64,000 bases of DNA from Schizochytrium sp. TIO01 (Eukaryota; Protista; Bigyra: Labyrinthulomycetes), in NCBI GenBank assembly GCA_004764695.1, contig SMSO01000035.1:2666001-2730000 (forward strand). The letters are read 5' to 3'. Below are positions 20,660 to 34,466 of the stretch, piece after piece (position 1 is the first letter of the stretch; each line of letters starts with the position of its first letter). Both the position numbers and the translations under genes were made by a program. A model generated the notes under the pieces. That model was not told the origin of the DNA. It was given only the letters and a program-made list of their open reading frames with translations, and searched no databases.

Positions 20660-23127
20660 AACAAAGATAGGGAATGCATTCTTGGTCCAGTTCAAGAGCT
20701 GTTTCTGGCATCCTGTACGCCTGGAACCTTCGCTTGGGACTTGGCTTCTAGATTCACTGCTTCAATATGTGGCATGATCTTGATGAAGTTTCTAAGTTTG
20801 GTGTCAGAAATAATAATTTAATTGTAGAAGAATCCTTATTTTGTCCATGCTTTGAGAGCGAGGTAATAAAAACCAGCACGCTTCAAAACCATAATCTTGA
20901 AGGAACCGTTTACGAGGGCGCGAAACATACAGGGCTACCGACAGTGCTTCGGGCTTGTGCTGACATATAAGGTGAAGCTTCAGGCGTGCGCTTGCTTGAT
21001 ACAGGGGCTATCGTAAATTCCCTACCCTATCTGTGTGTATCTCTTCATCGGAGATCTAGGCAAAAACGTCTCCTGGGAGAACCGTTCTTGAGTATTTCTA
21101 ACTTGAGCTTGAATGTCCCAACCAGAGACTGTGCCCACTCGTGAGTCAGCCTATGCTCTGTTCACTCTTTGAATGCATCAAGTGGATTAGGGCCTGATCT
21201 TAACAAGATCCCTATTAATTCGTCGCTCACCGTGACTATATATTGCTCGTACTTTTCGTGATGCGAAGAGACCTGAAGTTAAAGCCGCTCATAAAACAAG
21301 GATCTCGAGGCGTTTTTCACTGGCAGAAAACAGCAAGCACAATGAAATCAGGTCATGAAGAAATCCAATTTCGAGTGAGACGAAGAAATCTTTTCGCAGT
21401 CTTCAGCAGCGGGTAAGTCAATCTCAGGATGCAGGAACAAGCCTGTATTTGAGTTCTGTCAGGGGCAGTGGTTTTGATTTGTGCGTGAATACCACTCGAG
21501 TTCAGCCAAACAGTCATAGGCGGACACGCGCTGCTTCATCTGAGAAGGTGCAAGGCGAAAAGCTGATCCAGTCACGAAGTCGCTCTTTGTCCGAATGCAT
21601 TGGCGAAAACAGAGATGCCGATGACGAACGGAAAAGATCACCTAAAGGAGGAGAATTAAGCGGAGGAAATCGTGTGGAACAAACAAGGCCCAACAGTTAC
21701 TTAAGTGCATCATCCAGAAAGAGATGGCGGGAGGGTTCAAGCAGCTCAAGGGGATGTGACAACGAGGATGACGCTGACACTAATCAACAAAGCAACCGAA
21801 CTTCTGCCGAAATTAACGCTAGACCCCTATCGGAATGCACAGCCTCAACAGCAGAGACATACATCACCATACGTACCAAAAGGCAAATTGTGGAAGATCA
21901 CATCAAGTGTACTTCAGCTCAAGTCACTAGCATTAGCTTTGATGCAATACGCCACTCAATATCCTGAAGAAGCAATCGCTGACTTTGCTTTAAATCAAAG
22001 CCTTCGAGATTTCGTCACGAAAATATCGTCAGCTTCTGCTTTCGATGATATGCTGCATCAGGGTTTGCCTCAAACAAATAGTGTACGAAAGCGTGCAGCC
22101 GTGGGTAAGAGCACTCAGCTTGGGGATGACCACCTGATTGCAAGCGAGACTGGACACAGCAACGCAGACGAGCAATACAAGCCGTTAGAATAATCAAGTT
22201 CATTACAGCCACAAAATCCAAGTCCTAAAAATGCAGCCATGCCTCTGCAAGCAAATATTGATGCACTTCCAACCGCAATAGAAAGCTGCCATGTCTCACA
22301 AGGCTATAGCCTACAAAACTTGTCTTTGGCATTTTCTTCATGTTCATTTGATAATAACATCACGAAAAGGAATGCTTGATCCATAACTGAATCTGTACAG
22401 CAACCAAAAACCTTTGATACACGTCACGAAGCAAAAATAAAGGACGATCAACCTACATCGTCCTCATCTTCTAAACACAGACAAATGAGCATAAGGACCC
22501 ATTCTAGCTTAACAGAATGGGCTTACAAAACTTCAAAAGTATTTGATGCCCAAGCCTCTGCAAATACAGCCTATTCAGGAGACACAGCAAGATCAACACA
22601 ATACTTAAAGCCAAATTCTTCTACGCCACAGATTACTGAACAATCTTCATTGCAAGATTTTTCAGATGTGGAGTATTCATTTGAATTGGCATCGACTAGA
22701 ACACCGAAGCCAGGGAGGACGTCTTGTTTGTCGGTGCGCATCGATGTCGACATGCCTAATAAGTATGGTGATGAAGGTGCAAAGAGAAATAAGAAAAAAA
22801 CACATCTAAATAGAATGAAAAGTCGACCAGGAGCAACGGATTCTGGAAGGAAATTCTATACAAGTTCAATCAATTGCAGAAGAAGTCAGAGACCTAGTGA
22901 GTGCTATCAAAGGCCAAACATGTTCACACGGGATAGGTTTTAGAGAGAGGAATGAGAATTGTAACGAATCAAATGATTCTCAGAAAGCCGATACTCAAAC
23001 TATCGCGGGTCGCTCCAACATCAATCTCACAGAGAATATCGGCAAAGTCCCAGTACAGGACGCAGAAAAAGGAAGGCCTGAGATTAACCCGGGTATGGGT
23101 TGTGTAATTGACGTTACAGACTTTTAA
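20660..23127 (+). pseudogene. Disrupted gene of unknown function (in-frame stops and frameshifts)
   Basis: Chain of same-strand ORF fragments (20767-20970, 21449-21967, 21705-22193, 22485-22943, 22897-23127) with protein-like S/T/Q-rich composition. The 20767 frame reads on through isolated stops. It fills a gene-sized gap between intact genes. Confidence 0.5.
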
Positions 23128-23358
23128 CAGAAGTTTTAGCCTCTAATACCGTTTACAATACGTGCTATCAGGGATAGTCTATCTGACTCCGATACCAAGA
23201 CATTTAAACTCGTCCAATATTAGCCGTGTTTGGTTTCGAAACAAATGATAAACCGCGCTTGTTATAAATTTTGCTATTCTTATGTTGCTTTGAAAAGATT
23301 CATCATGTAAGGGTTGGTCAAATTAATTTTTTCTACTCGAACTGATACGATTATATTA

Positions 23359-25094
23359 TTATGTTGCAAAAGGCCGAGCAATATTCGCGGCCAAGTTCAT
23401 GAGCTGATGAACAAGGGGCTTTGAGGTTGAAACCTTAGTGTCGAGCTTATGCAGGTCCTCAAGGATTCGCTGAAGATCGCCCATCTGCATCTCAAGAGCT
23501 GTGGCATCACGCGCAGCTTGATCGGGGTGGGCTGGAAGCAATGTAACAATCCCAGTATCCTGGGCAATGCTGACTGGGAAATCGTCGGACTCGATAAGTT
23601 CCCAAAGCAAATCCTCAATATCTGCAATTGTGAGGGGTTTAACAGGCGCTGCAAATGTCTTGGTGGTAGCAGAAGGTGTTTCCTCAGTGTCTGTGTTATT
23701 GTCTTCGACATGTGGAGAAGGAGACTCGCCCATTGTCAAAGAATCTTGCATGATTGTTTCGCCTGTTGCTGCACCAGATCCAGCAACACCCACAGGTATC
23801 TGTGCTTCAGGTCCTTGGGATCTTCCTGGACGTAAAGAGCGAAGCTTTCCACTAGCGCCTGAAGCACCGGAGCTGTTTGACAATGTGCTCTTCTTACGAA
23901 TAGGAGGAGCCTCAAGTAAAGGAATGAAATCACTAGTATGTAAAGTCTTATAGATTCCACGAAGATCACGCATTCTCTGGCGTAGAAGTGCACGATCAAG
24001 CTGCTTTGCAAGTCCGAGATTGTTATCTCTAATGATATTTTGTTCAAATTGCAGAAGAGTGCTGCGAAGAAGCTGGCGTTCCCCTGTTTCAAAAGCGCGG
24101 GCGATCAAGGTATATTGGATAAGTTCTGGGATAGGTTCGTGACGAGCAAGGGCATTCTGTACCACACTAACAGTAGCAGCTGGCAACTTGGGTGCACATC
24201 CGCGTCCAATCAGAGAAGCAAGAACGAGGAGTTTGTATGAAGCAACGACGACGGCGCTGACATATTTTGCAGGTAGAGTGAGAACCATTTCCAAAGCAGT
24301 ACATGCTTCATCAAAGCGATGCAGGCCAACAAAGACACGACCGCTATAATAAAAGTATCGTTGGAGGTCCAATGGAGGGGTAAAGGGAAGTGCGGAGTAT
24401 GTAGGACTTTCTGCAATCATGGCTGCATCTCGATACTGCTTAGCTACAAGAGCAACCTGCAAATAATGCACGTGGGCCGGAGAAATGAAGCCAGGGTAGT
24501 TTTGTGATGAAAGAAGCATGACTCGGCGCACAGGGTCGAGTGCAACTGATGCGAGTAGCGTGCTAGACTTGACACAAAGGCAAATCCAGTTGGTGAGCAG
24601 CGCGAGCTCAGGAAGAGCAGATGATAGTTCTGCCTCCTGTGCACCATTGAGAAATTTGAGGCATACGTCCAAGTTGGTCTCGGTGGCAAGAATACTCTTG
24701 CTATTGTTAGTCTTGGAGAGTTCATCGTAGTATTTAAGGCTATTTTCATTTATATTCACGATAATTTGCCATTGTTTATTTTTGTACACGTGTAACCATT
24801 ACATTTGGTTCGAGTGTCAAGATAAAAAGCCATGCATAGATTTGACAAAGTTAGTTCACAGGTTTCCTCGATCATAGAACTGATCAATACATTACAGACA
24901 ACTTACATCACGAAAAGCATCGCAAGTGAGTTCTGCACATCATTCGCGGCAAGAGCCTCCAATAGCTCCTCTGTAGAGCATGACGAACGACGACGCCACT
25001 TTCGCAGCCAATCAAGGAGCTCTTCCAAGGCTTGGTTCCTGTCAAGGGTGCCTTCAAGCAGTAGATTGCTCACTCTGTCACGAAGTGATTCCAT
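23359..25094 (-). CDS. COPS3: COP9 signalosome subunit 3 (PCI domain), 2 exons (25094-24907, 24739-23359)
   Basis: CSN3 motifs (YFYYSGRVFVGL, EMVLTLPAKYVSAVVVASYKLLVLASLI, DNNLGLAKQL, IYKTL, ISIAQ-type end VSIAQDTGIV). A GTAAGT...AG intron joins the exons in frame (1569 nt). Confidence 0.85.
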
Positions 25095-27789
25095 TCTTGA
25101 AAGATACAGATTGTTATCTTATATCCCTCGCCTGAAACTGTCTTCAACTTCACAGTCTTGCTAGGCCAGGTCGCCACAAGGTTGCCTTCGATTAGTGCCT
25201 AGGGCCTAAGCAATAAAGATGATAGCGAAGGAAAGAAAAGACACTTGGGGTAAGACGGAGAGAGGGGGCTCTCAGCCGCTGGCGTCGTTATTGCTGGTAT
25301 CTATACCTTCTGCAAGGCGGATCCCCTCGCAGAAAGACACCCCAACGTTAACCGGGATACTTCACTTGCAACGTGAGGGATAATTTAGATAGCTTAGGGC
25401 TCAGAGCACGTCTCCGGGCACCTCTGTAGGTCCTCGGCAGCGCGCGAGAGCAAGACGATCTGCTTGCGGAGAAGATCGAAGCTTGGCGACTTTTTCTTTC
25501 CTTCAGCGAAGAAGAGATAGGAACACTATATCAAAGAACACCCCAATAAGAACATCGCAACCCCAGTTTGTTTTTGGGTTTCGCAAAGAAGGTGTGCGCG
25601 AAGGGTTTTATTGCATGGCAAGTTTATTCATTAGTGCTTACCTAATACATTGCCTAATTCCATCATCTTGTTGAGTGGAAATCATTCTCGGTGCTGCGAC
25701 ACTTAGAAGCAAATCGGTGGGAGTAGAATGATGCTGGATAAGGGATGCATATGGTGCACCTTAGCGTCGCGTGTGAGGTTGACGGAGATGGCCTTGCTAG
25801 CCACTCTCGGTTTGATTGCCAGCCAGAATAATAGTTGACTGATTGTTTTATTGAAGTGCTTCGTTTTCAAGTTACAGTAGAACATTTTATTAAAAAAAAA
25901 AAAGAAGAAGCTTACTCGACGACATCTCTTGAAAAGCTCTGCAATGGCGATTGACACACATACGCGCACGTACACACATGTCCACCTGGGCTGTGGCCAA
26001 TTGTTTGCTTGGTTGATGCGTGGCTGGTGTATTGAAGAATGTTTTTCTTGTGGAGCCCTTCGGCGTGAGCCATGCTTGGGACGAGTGAAACCTGAAACCA
26101 AGGCCTTGAAGCCTCAAGTTCACGTGCGTTTATTTACCATGTTCGGCAGTCTTTCGCGGCACGCGCAGCGATGCGGCCGATGGGGCCCTTCGTTTCTTTC
26201 TTTGAGCTTACTTCTGTTTGAAATAGTGTTGTCTAATTTACAACTATTCGTTAGGGAGAAAGAAATAAAAAAGGCCAGTAAGTTGGAAATCTTAATCAAA
26301 GAAATCTGAATAGAACGGTGATTCTAGCGCAAATCGCGGTGAGTCATGCACGTTCTTTTGGGTCGTGGCTGTGGCCAGTAGTTGTGGGCATTTCAAGCCA
26401 TTCAGCTGATACAACAATCGCTAAATTGCACGCGGTCGAGGACACGGTAGCGCTGAAGAATGGGGAAAAAAGTGTTTTCGGCACATCAGCATTATACGCC
26501 ATTTCAAGCGTGACTACTAGGGTAGAGGCTAGTGACGCTTATTGTGCCATCGTGGTGCATTCATTCATTCATTTTTTTCTTTCTTTCAAAAACTACTGGC
26601 CGGTGTTTCAATCAATCAATTAATCAATCAATTAATTCCAGTCCAACTTTTTCGAGAGCATGTCTCAGCAGCCCTAAATGACGTCGCTGATCTTCCGAGT
26701 CCCTCAGACTTCCTGCCAAGGTGGGAGTGATTCTCGTTCGTTACCAATCTAGCAAAGGATGAGGTAGCAGCTCAAGTATCTCTTCTAGAGCAGTGAGCTG
26801 TGGTTGGTGATTAGTGCCTATACTATTGCTAGGAAGTCAGTAAATCCTTTCGAAAAGGTAGTACTATTAGGTAATTTGAAAAAAGTTTAACAACACCACA
26901 GAAGTTGAAGAAATCCAAGCTGGTGGCATTCAAGTAAGTTTAAGTTCAAGTTCAAGTCCAAGCTCAGGTTATGTTTTTGGTTTGTTTTTCAGAGGATCCC
27001 GGGCTCAAAGCTTCGGCTGCGAAGTCTATCGTTGCTTGCAGTCTTTACGGTCGATCTTGGCGCTAATTTAAAGTCAAGTCAAGTATAGACTCGCCTTAAG
27101 CTGTAGACGTCTTCACTAATCTTGGTGAAACTTTCGAGAGAATGCACGGAAGATCTTCTCCTCCCCTTCTTCTTTAAGGCTGGAGCGTTTCAGGTTTTGC
27201 TGACAGACAGATGGATTGGATCAGACCATTGAAAGATCACTAAATAACTACCTACTAGTACGTAGTAGATGCACAATCTCATGGTAGGTTCTTTGAGCTC
27301 AGAAACTCAAGTGAACCTCTTGAGCTTTACCGCTGAGAAAGAACCAGGCTCGGGACAGCCGCCAAGTCAGCAACAAGCCTCTTGATTGACGGGGAAAGCG
27401 TCGGTGAGGGATCTCGGCATGGCCGACTCGAGCTTCAAGTTCGGAGCAATCTTGGACCTTGGAGGCATTGCTGGAGTGAGCAAGTGCGTGCTACTCTTGA
27501 GACGGTAAAAATAGAATACGCAGCTCACGGTACCTTGTTATACATAATCTGGGTAATTTTCAAGGCAGAACACAGCAAAGAACACGGGTTTGAGAAGAGC
27601 CAGGAAAATCCTTTCAAGCATATCGCTCCACGACACTTCCCTTTCTTTGCCTTGGAACCAAGCTTGGAACCAAGGCACCGACTGAGTGAATGTCCGGCTC
27701 GCTTGCTTTCCAAACAAACAAAGAGAATAAATCGCAAAAGCAAATCACATTCTATGGTCTCTGTTCTTTCTTTTGTTTTGTTTATAAAA

Positions 27790-27833
27790 GGAAGGAAGGA
27801 AGGAAGGAAGGAAGGAAGGAAGGAAGGAAGGAA
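27790..27833. repeat. (GGAA)11 microsatellite
   Basis: Perfect tandem array read directly. Confidence 0.95.
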
Positions 27834-30255
27834 ATAGGCTTGATAGATAAAGGTAATACGTGATTGTTTTAGTATGAGTTTTTACCCAAGCTAAAAGTTT
27901 TAACTTTTTATACCTCTCACGAGTGAAAGTGATAAAGGTCAGGTTGTTAGAGAGCCTTGACCACATGATGTTCTATAGATCACATGCCTCTATAGGCTCA
28001 TTTGCTTTTCTGAGGCATCTTTGGTACTCGCAGAAAAAGTCGGCGGCTTCAGCTTGGGCTTTAGCTGCTTTCCAATTCGCACAAATGATTTTCGCATTGT
28101 GCATGCACTTTGCAAAGTTTTACCCATATTTGGCAAAAAAAACAAAACAGCGCGACTGATGAGAATTATCGATCATCTCCTCAACTTTTATTTCCAACTT
28201 TTATATTCGTGATAAATTGTGAAAGTTATTTTCAAAATCAAAGTAATTCTTATTTCCTGCATGGTAAAATCAAACAAAAATCAAACAAAATCAAACAAAC
28301 AAAAAGATAACTAAGAAGAGGCAATACCTGTTCGTCTCTGCTTGAAAAACACGCGACCAGTATGGAGCGCGGCTCGTGCTACGCGTTTCTCAATCGGCCA
28401 GAACAAATGTCGGCTTGAGATACAACATCCAAGGTTTTCACATCGCTTCACTACCTCAATCAGAGCCACTCGGCCGGGTCCTTTATGCGCGAGTCCCATT
28501 CTCTCATGCCTTCGCCGAACTCTTGCTGTGACGAACCCGTCGTTTTTCTTCCGTCTTTCTTCCGCTTTCTCCTCTTTTCTCTTCTCCATGTCTCTAAATA
28601 CAGCAGAGAGGCAGATGATATTGGGGTTACCACGAGCAAGAGTGCTTCGTCAGAGCAGGTATCCTGAAATCATGGCATGTCATCAAAGCGGTCGCGAGTT
28701 CCTTCGATCTCAACAAGCTAAGTTGTCTTCGCCCGGCTTTCTTTCGAGAAGCTGCTTTTGACGCAGGGCTTTTCAGCTTTCAATCGAACATCTCCGAAGC
28801 GCCCTATTGTTAATAGATCGATCGACTCACACTGTCTTTAAACAGAAGAAGAAGAAGCGAAACTCGACGTAGAAAATGAGGAAGTAGCTTCCTAGCTATC
28901 TTTGGAAAGCATATCAATCGGACGAGATACACTCTTTTAAGCTTGATGAAGAATGTGAAACGTCGCTCTCTCTACCCGTTGGGGATTTAGTCTCGGGAAG
29001 ATCATAACGAAAAACGAAATGCAATATTAGGTATCTGACCCCGAAGTATTATTTTATTTAATTTCATGTCTCAACGTCTTGCCAGCGAATAGGCCGTTCT
29101 GTCCCCATTCTTGAAAATTCACAGAAGGCATTTGCATTAAGTGCACTACGTTGCGCGGGAGCGAAGTTAAAGATTTTACATCTGGCCGTTCAGTGATTTG
29201 ATTTTGCGCTACCTTGTTGGCCTCATCTCTTTCTTCGCCCCTCGTCCAAACTTCAAAAGGCGATGGTCGTGAGCGCCATCATTAGACGTTGCCTCCATCC
29301 TTCGACCACGGTTCGCCTACAGCTCTAGTTTCGAGCAAGAGAGTGCTGCGCTCTGGGCTTACAACTCCTTCGATAGCGCGTGCAGTGTTCCTACCGATGC
29401 TCCCGTGTAAGTAAGTAAATAAGCAGCAAGTATGCAATTCAACTGCAGAGGAACAAGCTATCGCATGCTTTCCTCGTTTTCTGCATTCGGAGGCCCGCGA
29501 CTTCGGGAATGAAGCATACTAAAAGCACGCAGAGCTCGTCCCTGAGGATCGAAGCATTGAGTTTATTGCAAGTCAAGTGGTGCAGGTTCCGATTAAATCT
29601 TGATCGCGATACGCACGTGCATTGTCTTTCGATCTTATTTTCGCATTTTCTTTCTTATTTTCGCACACTGAATGCATCTTCCGTGTCGAGGCGCTCCTGA
29701 ACCGAGGACAGACTCCGCGTGCTCGTGAACCAGTTTGCAGACGGTGGTTTCTGCGCTCACAGAGGCGTGCATTCAGGCACTTCGGGGGTTCATGTCGCCC
29801 CGCCGGAGTGGCTATTTCTTTCTGCCGCAGGTCGTGGCCACGCGACGCGTGTGTTGCTTCGGCTTGCCATCAGTTCTTCCCTTCAAGTTCTGCTCTTCTT
29901 GCGCCTCCTCGCGTCGCGAGGAAGTCCGTTCATAGCTTCCCTAATTTATATGCAGATGCGCCGCAGATTACAAACCTCAAGGCGGAGTTGGACCTATCAA
30001 AGTCGCCAAAGTCGCCGCTGGCCGCCTGGTTCTGCTTCGGGCAGGCGTCTATCATGGCAGCCTTGAGCACAATACTTTCTTTCCTTCAAGTAAGTAAACA
30101 GAGGGCAGGACGAAAAGGAGGCCTACATCGCTATCAGCCGATTCCGCATCCATTTATCCATCCATGCGTCCATCCAAATACGGAAGCATCCATTCGCCTG
30201 CTTGCTTATAGCCATTAAAGACGTGTGAGTATCACAAGGCTGTTTCTTGAAACGA

Positions 30256-30408
30256 ACAAAGCAACAAACAAAGCAACAAACAAAGCAACAAACAAAGCAA
30301 CAAACAAAGCAACAAACAAAGCAACAAACAAAGCAACAAACAATGCAACAAACAATGCAACAAACAAAGCAATAATGCAACAAACAAAACAACAATGCAA
30401 CAAACAAC
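30256..30408. repeat. 12-bp minisatellite (ACAAAGCAACAA)n, degenerating to the right
   Basis: About 7 perfect units, then ACAATGCAACAA variants. It produces the spurious ATNK-repeat ORFs. Confidence 0.95.
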
Positions 30409-31214
30409 TTGAAACAATAGATATTATGCAACATCTTTCCGAGAGGCGTCCTTGCTGCGTCCTGGCCGCCGACTGGCTCGCCGATGCGCAATACTCGGCA
30501 CGGCGTCGGCGAGGGCAGAGCGCCTTGCCTCCGTGCCGGGTTCTAATCCAGGCTCGCTTCCCCACAGCCGAGAGAGCTTCGGGGATATTCTGGGGATGTG
30601 GATGCAGACGGCTTCCTACTGTGGGTATACCCCTCTCACCTCCGCGTAAACACGTCGACCACTGCGCTGAGCTTTCTTCCTTTCTTCCTTTCTTTCTTTC
30701 TTTCTTTCTTCCTTTCTTTGCCTCTGTGGACTCGGCAGCTTCTGAAGCCTATTTGTCCCTTGCTCTGATGCTCAAGCTGAGCGGGTTCTCTTGTGCCGCT
30801 GCTCGTGCTCGGGAAGGTTGCTGAGGCTGGGAGCTTTCTTTTCATACAGGGTGGGTGGAGCAGGTACCTTTCTCTGTGGTGCCGGCTTTGGGGTCTTCGA
30901 AAGGGCCCATTGAATGCAGGCAGCCACAGTAGTAGCGAGGTGAAAGACAGATTGAGAAGCGTTGATTCATGGACTTCCTTCCTCCTCTTTGCTCTTTTAA
31001 AGGAAGGTTTTCATTCTTTTCCTTTTCATAAGTTTTTTAAAGTGATAAATTAAGTCATGCATTTGAGTCCTTTCCCACTCTTCTCACTTATTTGCTGTCT
31101 GTCTGTCTGTCAGTCTGTCTGTCTTTCTTTCTGTCAGTCTGTCTGTCTGTCCTTGCCTTTTTAAAATCTTCCACTTTCTATTCAAGTTTGTTTAGTTTTT
31201 CAGAGGCGATATGA

Positions 31215-31245
<31 letters not shown>

Positions 31246-31559
31246 AGAACGAAAAGAACGATCACACCAATTCTTCGTGTTCTGTCTGTTCTCATGCTTT
31301 GTTTGGGAAGATCTTTATATTTTATTCTCCAAAATGGGGAAAGAGAAATGAAATAACATCTTTATTTAAAAGTTAATATTTAAAAAAAGAAAAAAGAAAA
31401 AGAAGAAGAAGAAGAAAAAGAAGAAGAATGAAATGAACTGAATTAAAAAAATCATTTCCAGGTACATTTTTACTTTAAAAGAAAAAAGAACAGGTGTTTT
31501 ACTGTTCTGATGTTGCTATTTTAAAAATAAGCTAGTTATGTTTTTATTTTGACGTAAAC

Positions 31560-33290
31560 AGAGAATGAAAAGAGAACGCCGAGACCAAAAGGAGAGACAT
31601 TTTTTAATGATTTGCTTTTTGTCTCGTTGGTGAGGTTTTGTGATTTGATGGAGACTCGCAACCGCTTCTTCACCTGTGTCTTTAGTGAAGCTCTTCTTGA
31701 GACCCATCCTTTCGCTCGCTTCCCCTTGTGCCAAGTCAAGTCAGAAGGAGCTTCTGACTACTCGGAGCGCCTCATTTCTTCGTGAATCTGAACTGACCAT
31801 GAGTAAATGCCCGAGCTTCTTGCATTCCTGCATATATAATAGGGCAGGCACCATGTAATCTCGCGGCATGGACGATATTTCCGTTCGCTGAGCTCTGTTT
31901 CGCAAAATGTCAGCGAAGAGGCCGTCCACTTGAGAGATTGGCCATCTGTCGTGATGATCCCGCACGGTAGATTCGAGGGCGGAGACGGGATCTCGACTCG
32001 GGAAGAGAACAGCTTGATAGCGAAGGGATTCCTGAAATATGTTTAGGCCAGCCGGGAGGTGGGCCTAGCAAAGTACGGGTGACACGAATGATTGTGGTTC
32101 GTTTGCTGTCGACAACTTGAAGGGGTAGTAAACTCTATATCGCTGAGTTCACAGGCTATTTGCAGGGTGTCTTGGAGTGTTCGCGAAATATGACGAATTC
32201 CTGCAGGTATTTGTGAAGCTTCTCATCTTCTTCTTATTATTATTGTGGGCAGGGAGTGACCCACCTGGCGTCTCGTGTTGTCAAGCTTCGGGTTCCCAGG
32301 CGCTTTGAGCAAGATCTTGCTTTCTCATTTATTCATTTATAAGCTTGGCACGCCTTGACAGCACAAGGAAAACAAGCGCCGTTGTTCTCGAGTCTGGAGA
32401 GATTTTTCGACTTACGCGGTACTTTATATCGCCATGACCGACGATCATTGAGAAGCTCTTGATTGAGCTAGAACTTTTGGGTAAACCATCATCTTGAGGA
32501 CGACGACCGGCACCTCCTCAAGAAGACGGTGATCAAGAGCAATGCCATCAAGAGACTCTGACATAAGATCTACTCCACCTCATGATGCTATCTATCGTGT
32601 CGTCTTCTTGTCCATCATCCGATCCACCCAAATAAATATGAAGTCTACTACAAAGCACCCCCGCGAGAGCAAAAGATGCCCATTAAACCGACTATCGAAT
32701 TCTTCGGCGATGCTTACACCGGGAAGAGACAGTCCCTCGCGAGAATGATTGCAATGACCGAGTTCAGGCCTCAGCACACCGAATATCTGTGACGAATTTG
32801 TAATAAATAAGCAACATCTTTGAATGATGGCCGCCACTTCTTGAAACACTATATCTTCTCCTCCTCCTCCTCAAATCGGCGTCTTGCTCCACCAAAGGTT
32901 GGTCTCTGCACGCTTCGCGGGGGGGGGGGTTTTCAAGGCCACCAGCTTTGCGTTGCAAGGTCGCCTCTTCGCGCTGCTTCCTCGCCTCCGTGGTGCTTTC
33001 TTTCACGAGCGCGCTCCGAGTGAAGTCGTTGTTGCCATCATCTTCATCAAGGATGAGGTGATGTCTCTTGACCACCTGGACTTGCTTCCTTATCTCTTGT
33101 GCTTCCTGGGCCAAGCTGACGCGAGAGCTGAGGACACTCTAGTGTCGAAGGGCTGAAAGGTTGTCACAGCCGGGCTTCCGAGGGCCAACGTGATGGAGGT
33201 GTGCGCGCACAAAGGCGAGCTGGAGCACTTTCATTCGTCGATGAATTTGATTGTGTTTGAGGTTTCGTTCATCATCTTTGATTCTTCCAT
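31560..33290 (-). pseudogene. Decayed coding sequence, unidentified
   Basis: Protein-like fragments in succession (LAQEAQEIRKQVQVVKRHHLILDEDDG; VFQEVAAIIQRCCLF; EDEKLHKYLQEFVIF; IFQESLRYQAVLF...DILRNRAQ). ORFs 31741-31965 and 31516-31734 share a frame across one TGA. Flanked by AT-rich blocks. Confidence 0.45.
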
Positions 33291-34266
33291 GTGAAAGCTT
33301 CCTTTTACTTTAATAATAATATTATTGTCATTACAATTAAAAAGGATTAGAAATAAATAAACATTTTTTCCTTCGAAACTTTCTTTGTTTTAGTTTTAAA
33401 CTAAAAGCTGTAACATAGACTATTTATTTTTAATTTAAAATGAATGGGAAGGAAATCAATTTGATTGAAAGAACACTTGATTGAAAAGAACAGAGCAAAG
33501 AAATGATTAATCATTCTTATTTTACTTTCCAATCATAATAAATTATACCGTGGCATTAAAAATAAAATAGAATGAAATAAAATAAGACCGACAAACAAGT
33601 TTTATGTATGCTTCTTTTTTACTTTTGCTTTAGTACAAACACAAAGAGAAAAGAGATGAGCCTTGTTTTGAAATACCATTTTAATCAAAATAATAATAAA
33701 CGTCCAACAAGAAAATTAGAAAAGGAAAAACAGGAAGAGAGAGAACACTCAAAACTCAAAACTCAATCTCCGTTAGAAAAACAAGTGCTTCATAGGGACT
33801 AAAGCAAAGAAGCGGATAAGAGAGAAGAAGACAGATTCCTTTGTCAAGCAGCAACTGCCTTACTTGCTTGCTTGGGAGGATGAGAAACAGAACACCCAAC
33901 CTGACTCATACTTGAAATTAATCAAGCACGGCTTCAGCAAGCTTGAGAAAGCAAGTACCAGAGCCATTCTGTGCTTGCTGCTCAATTTCAATCACTCGAA
34001 AGGTTTCAAGGTTCTTTTTCTCCAGAGAAATAGCACAACCAATGCCTGCAATGAAACAAGGCTTCAGGCCGCGGAATCGAGAAATACAGCGATGAAGAAC
34101 TGAAAGATGTAGAGATCCTTTCAAGCTGATCAGAGAGAAACATCGTCGAATGACGAGGTCAGTTAGTTTAGCCCAAATGGGATAAAATAAGCCCCCTTCC
34201 ATGTCCAGTTCGAGTTCTCGCAAGAAACTAACCCTTCAGCTGAATAAGTTACGAAACCCTTTCACG

Positions 34267-34297
<31 letters not shown>

Positions 34298-34428
34298 TCG
34301 CACTTGTAAATGACAATATTCTCTTTCACCTACCTAGCTATCTGCCTAGGTACCTGCTAGCAAAGGTACTACAACTGCTCTTAATTCGTTCCAGTTCTGA
34401 TGACATCCAGCGAGAAGATAGTAGAAAG

Positions 34429-34466
<38 letters not shown>

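Noticed and set aside
24740-24789. ORF-track start MYKNKQWQ... for CSN3
   Set aside because: It is a GTG start inside the AT-rich intron. The spliced model from ATG 25094 is in frame and more plausible.
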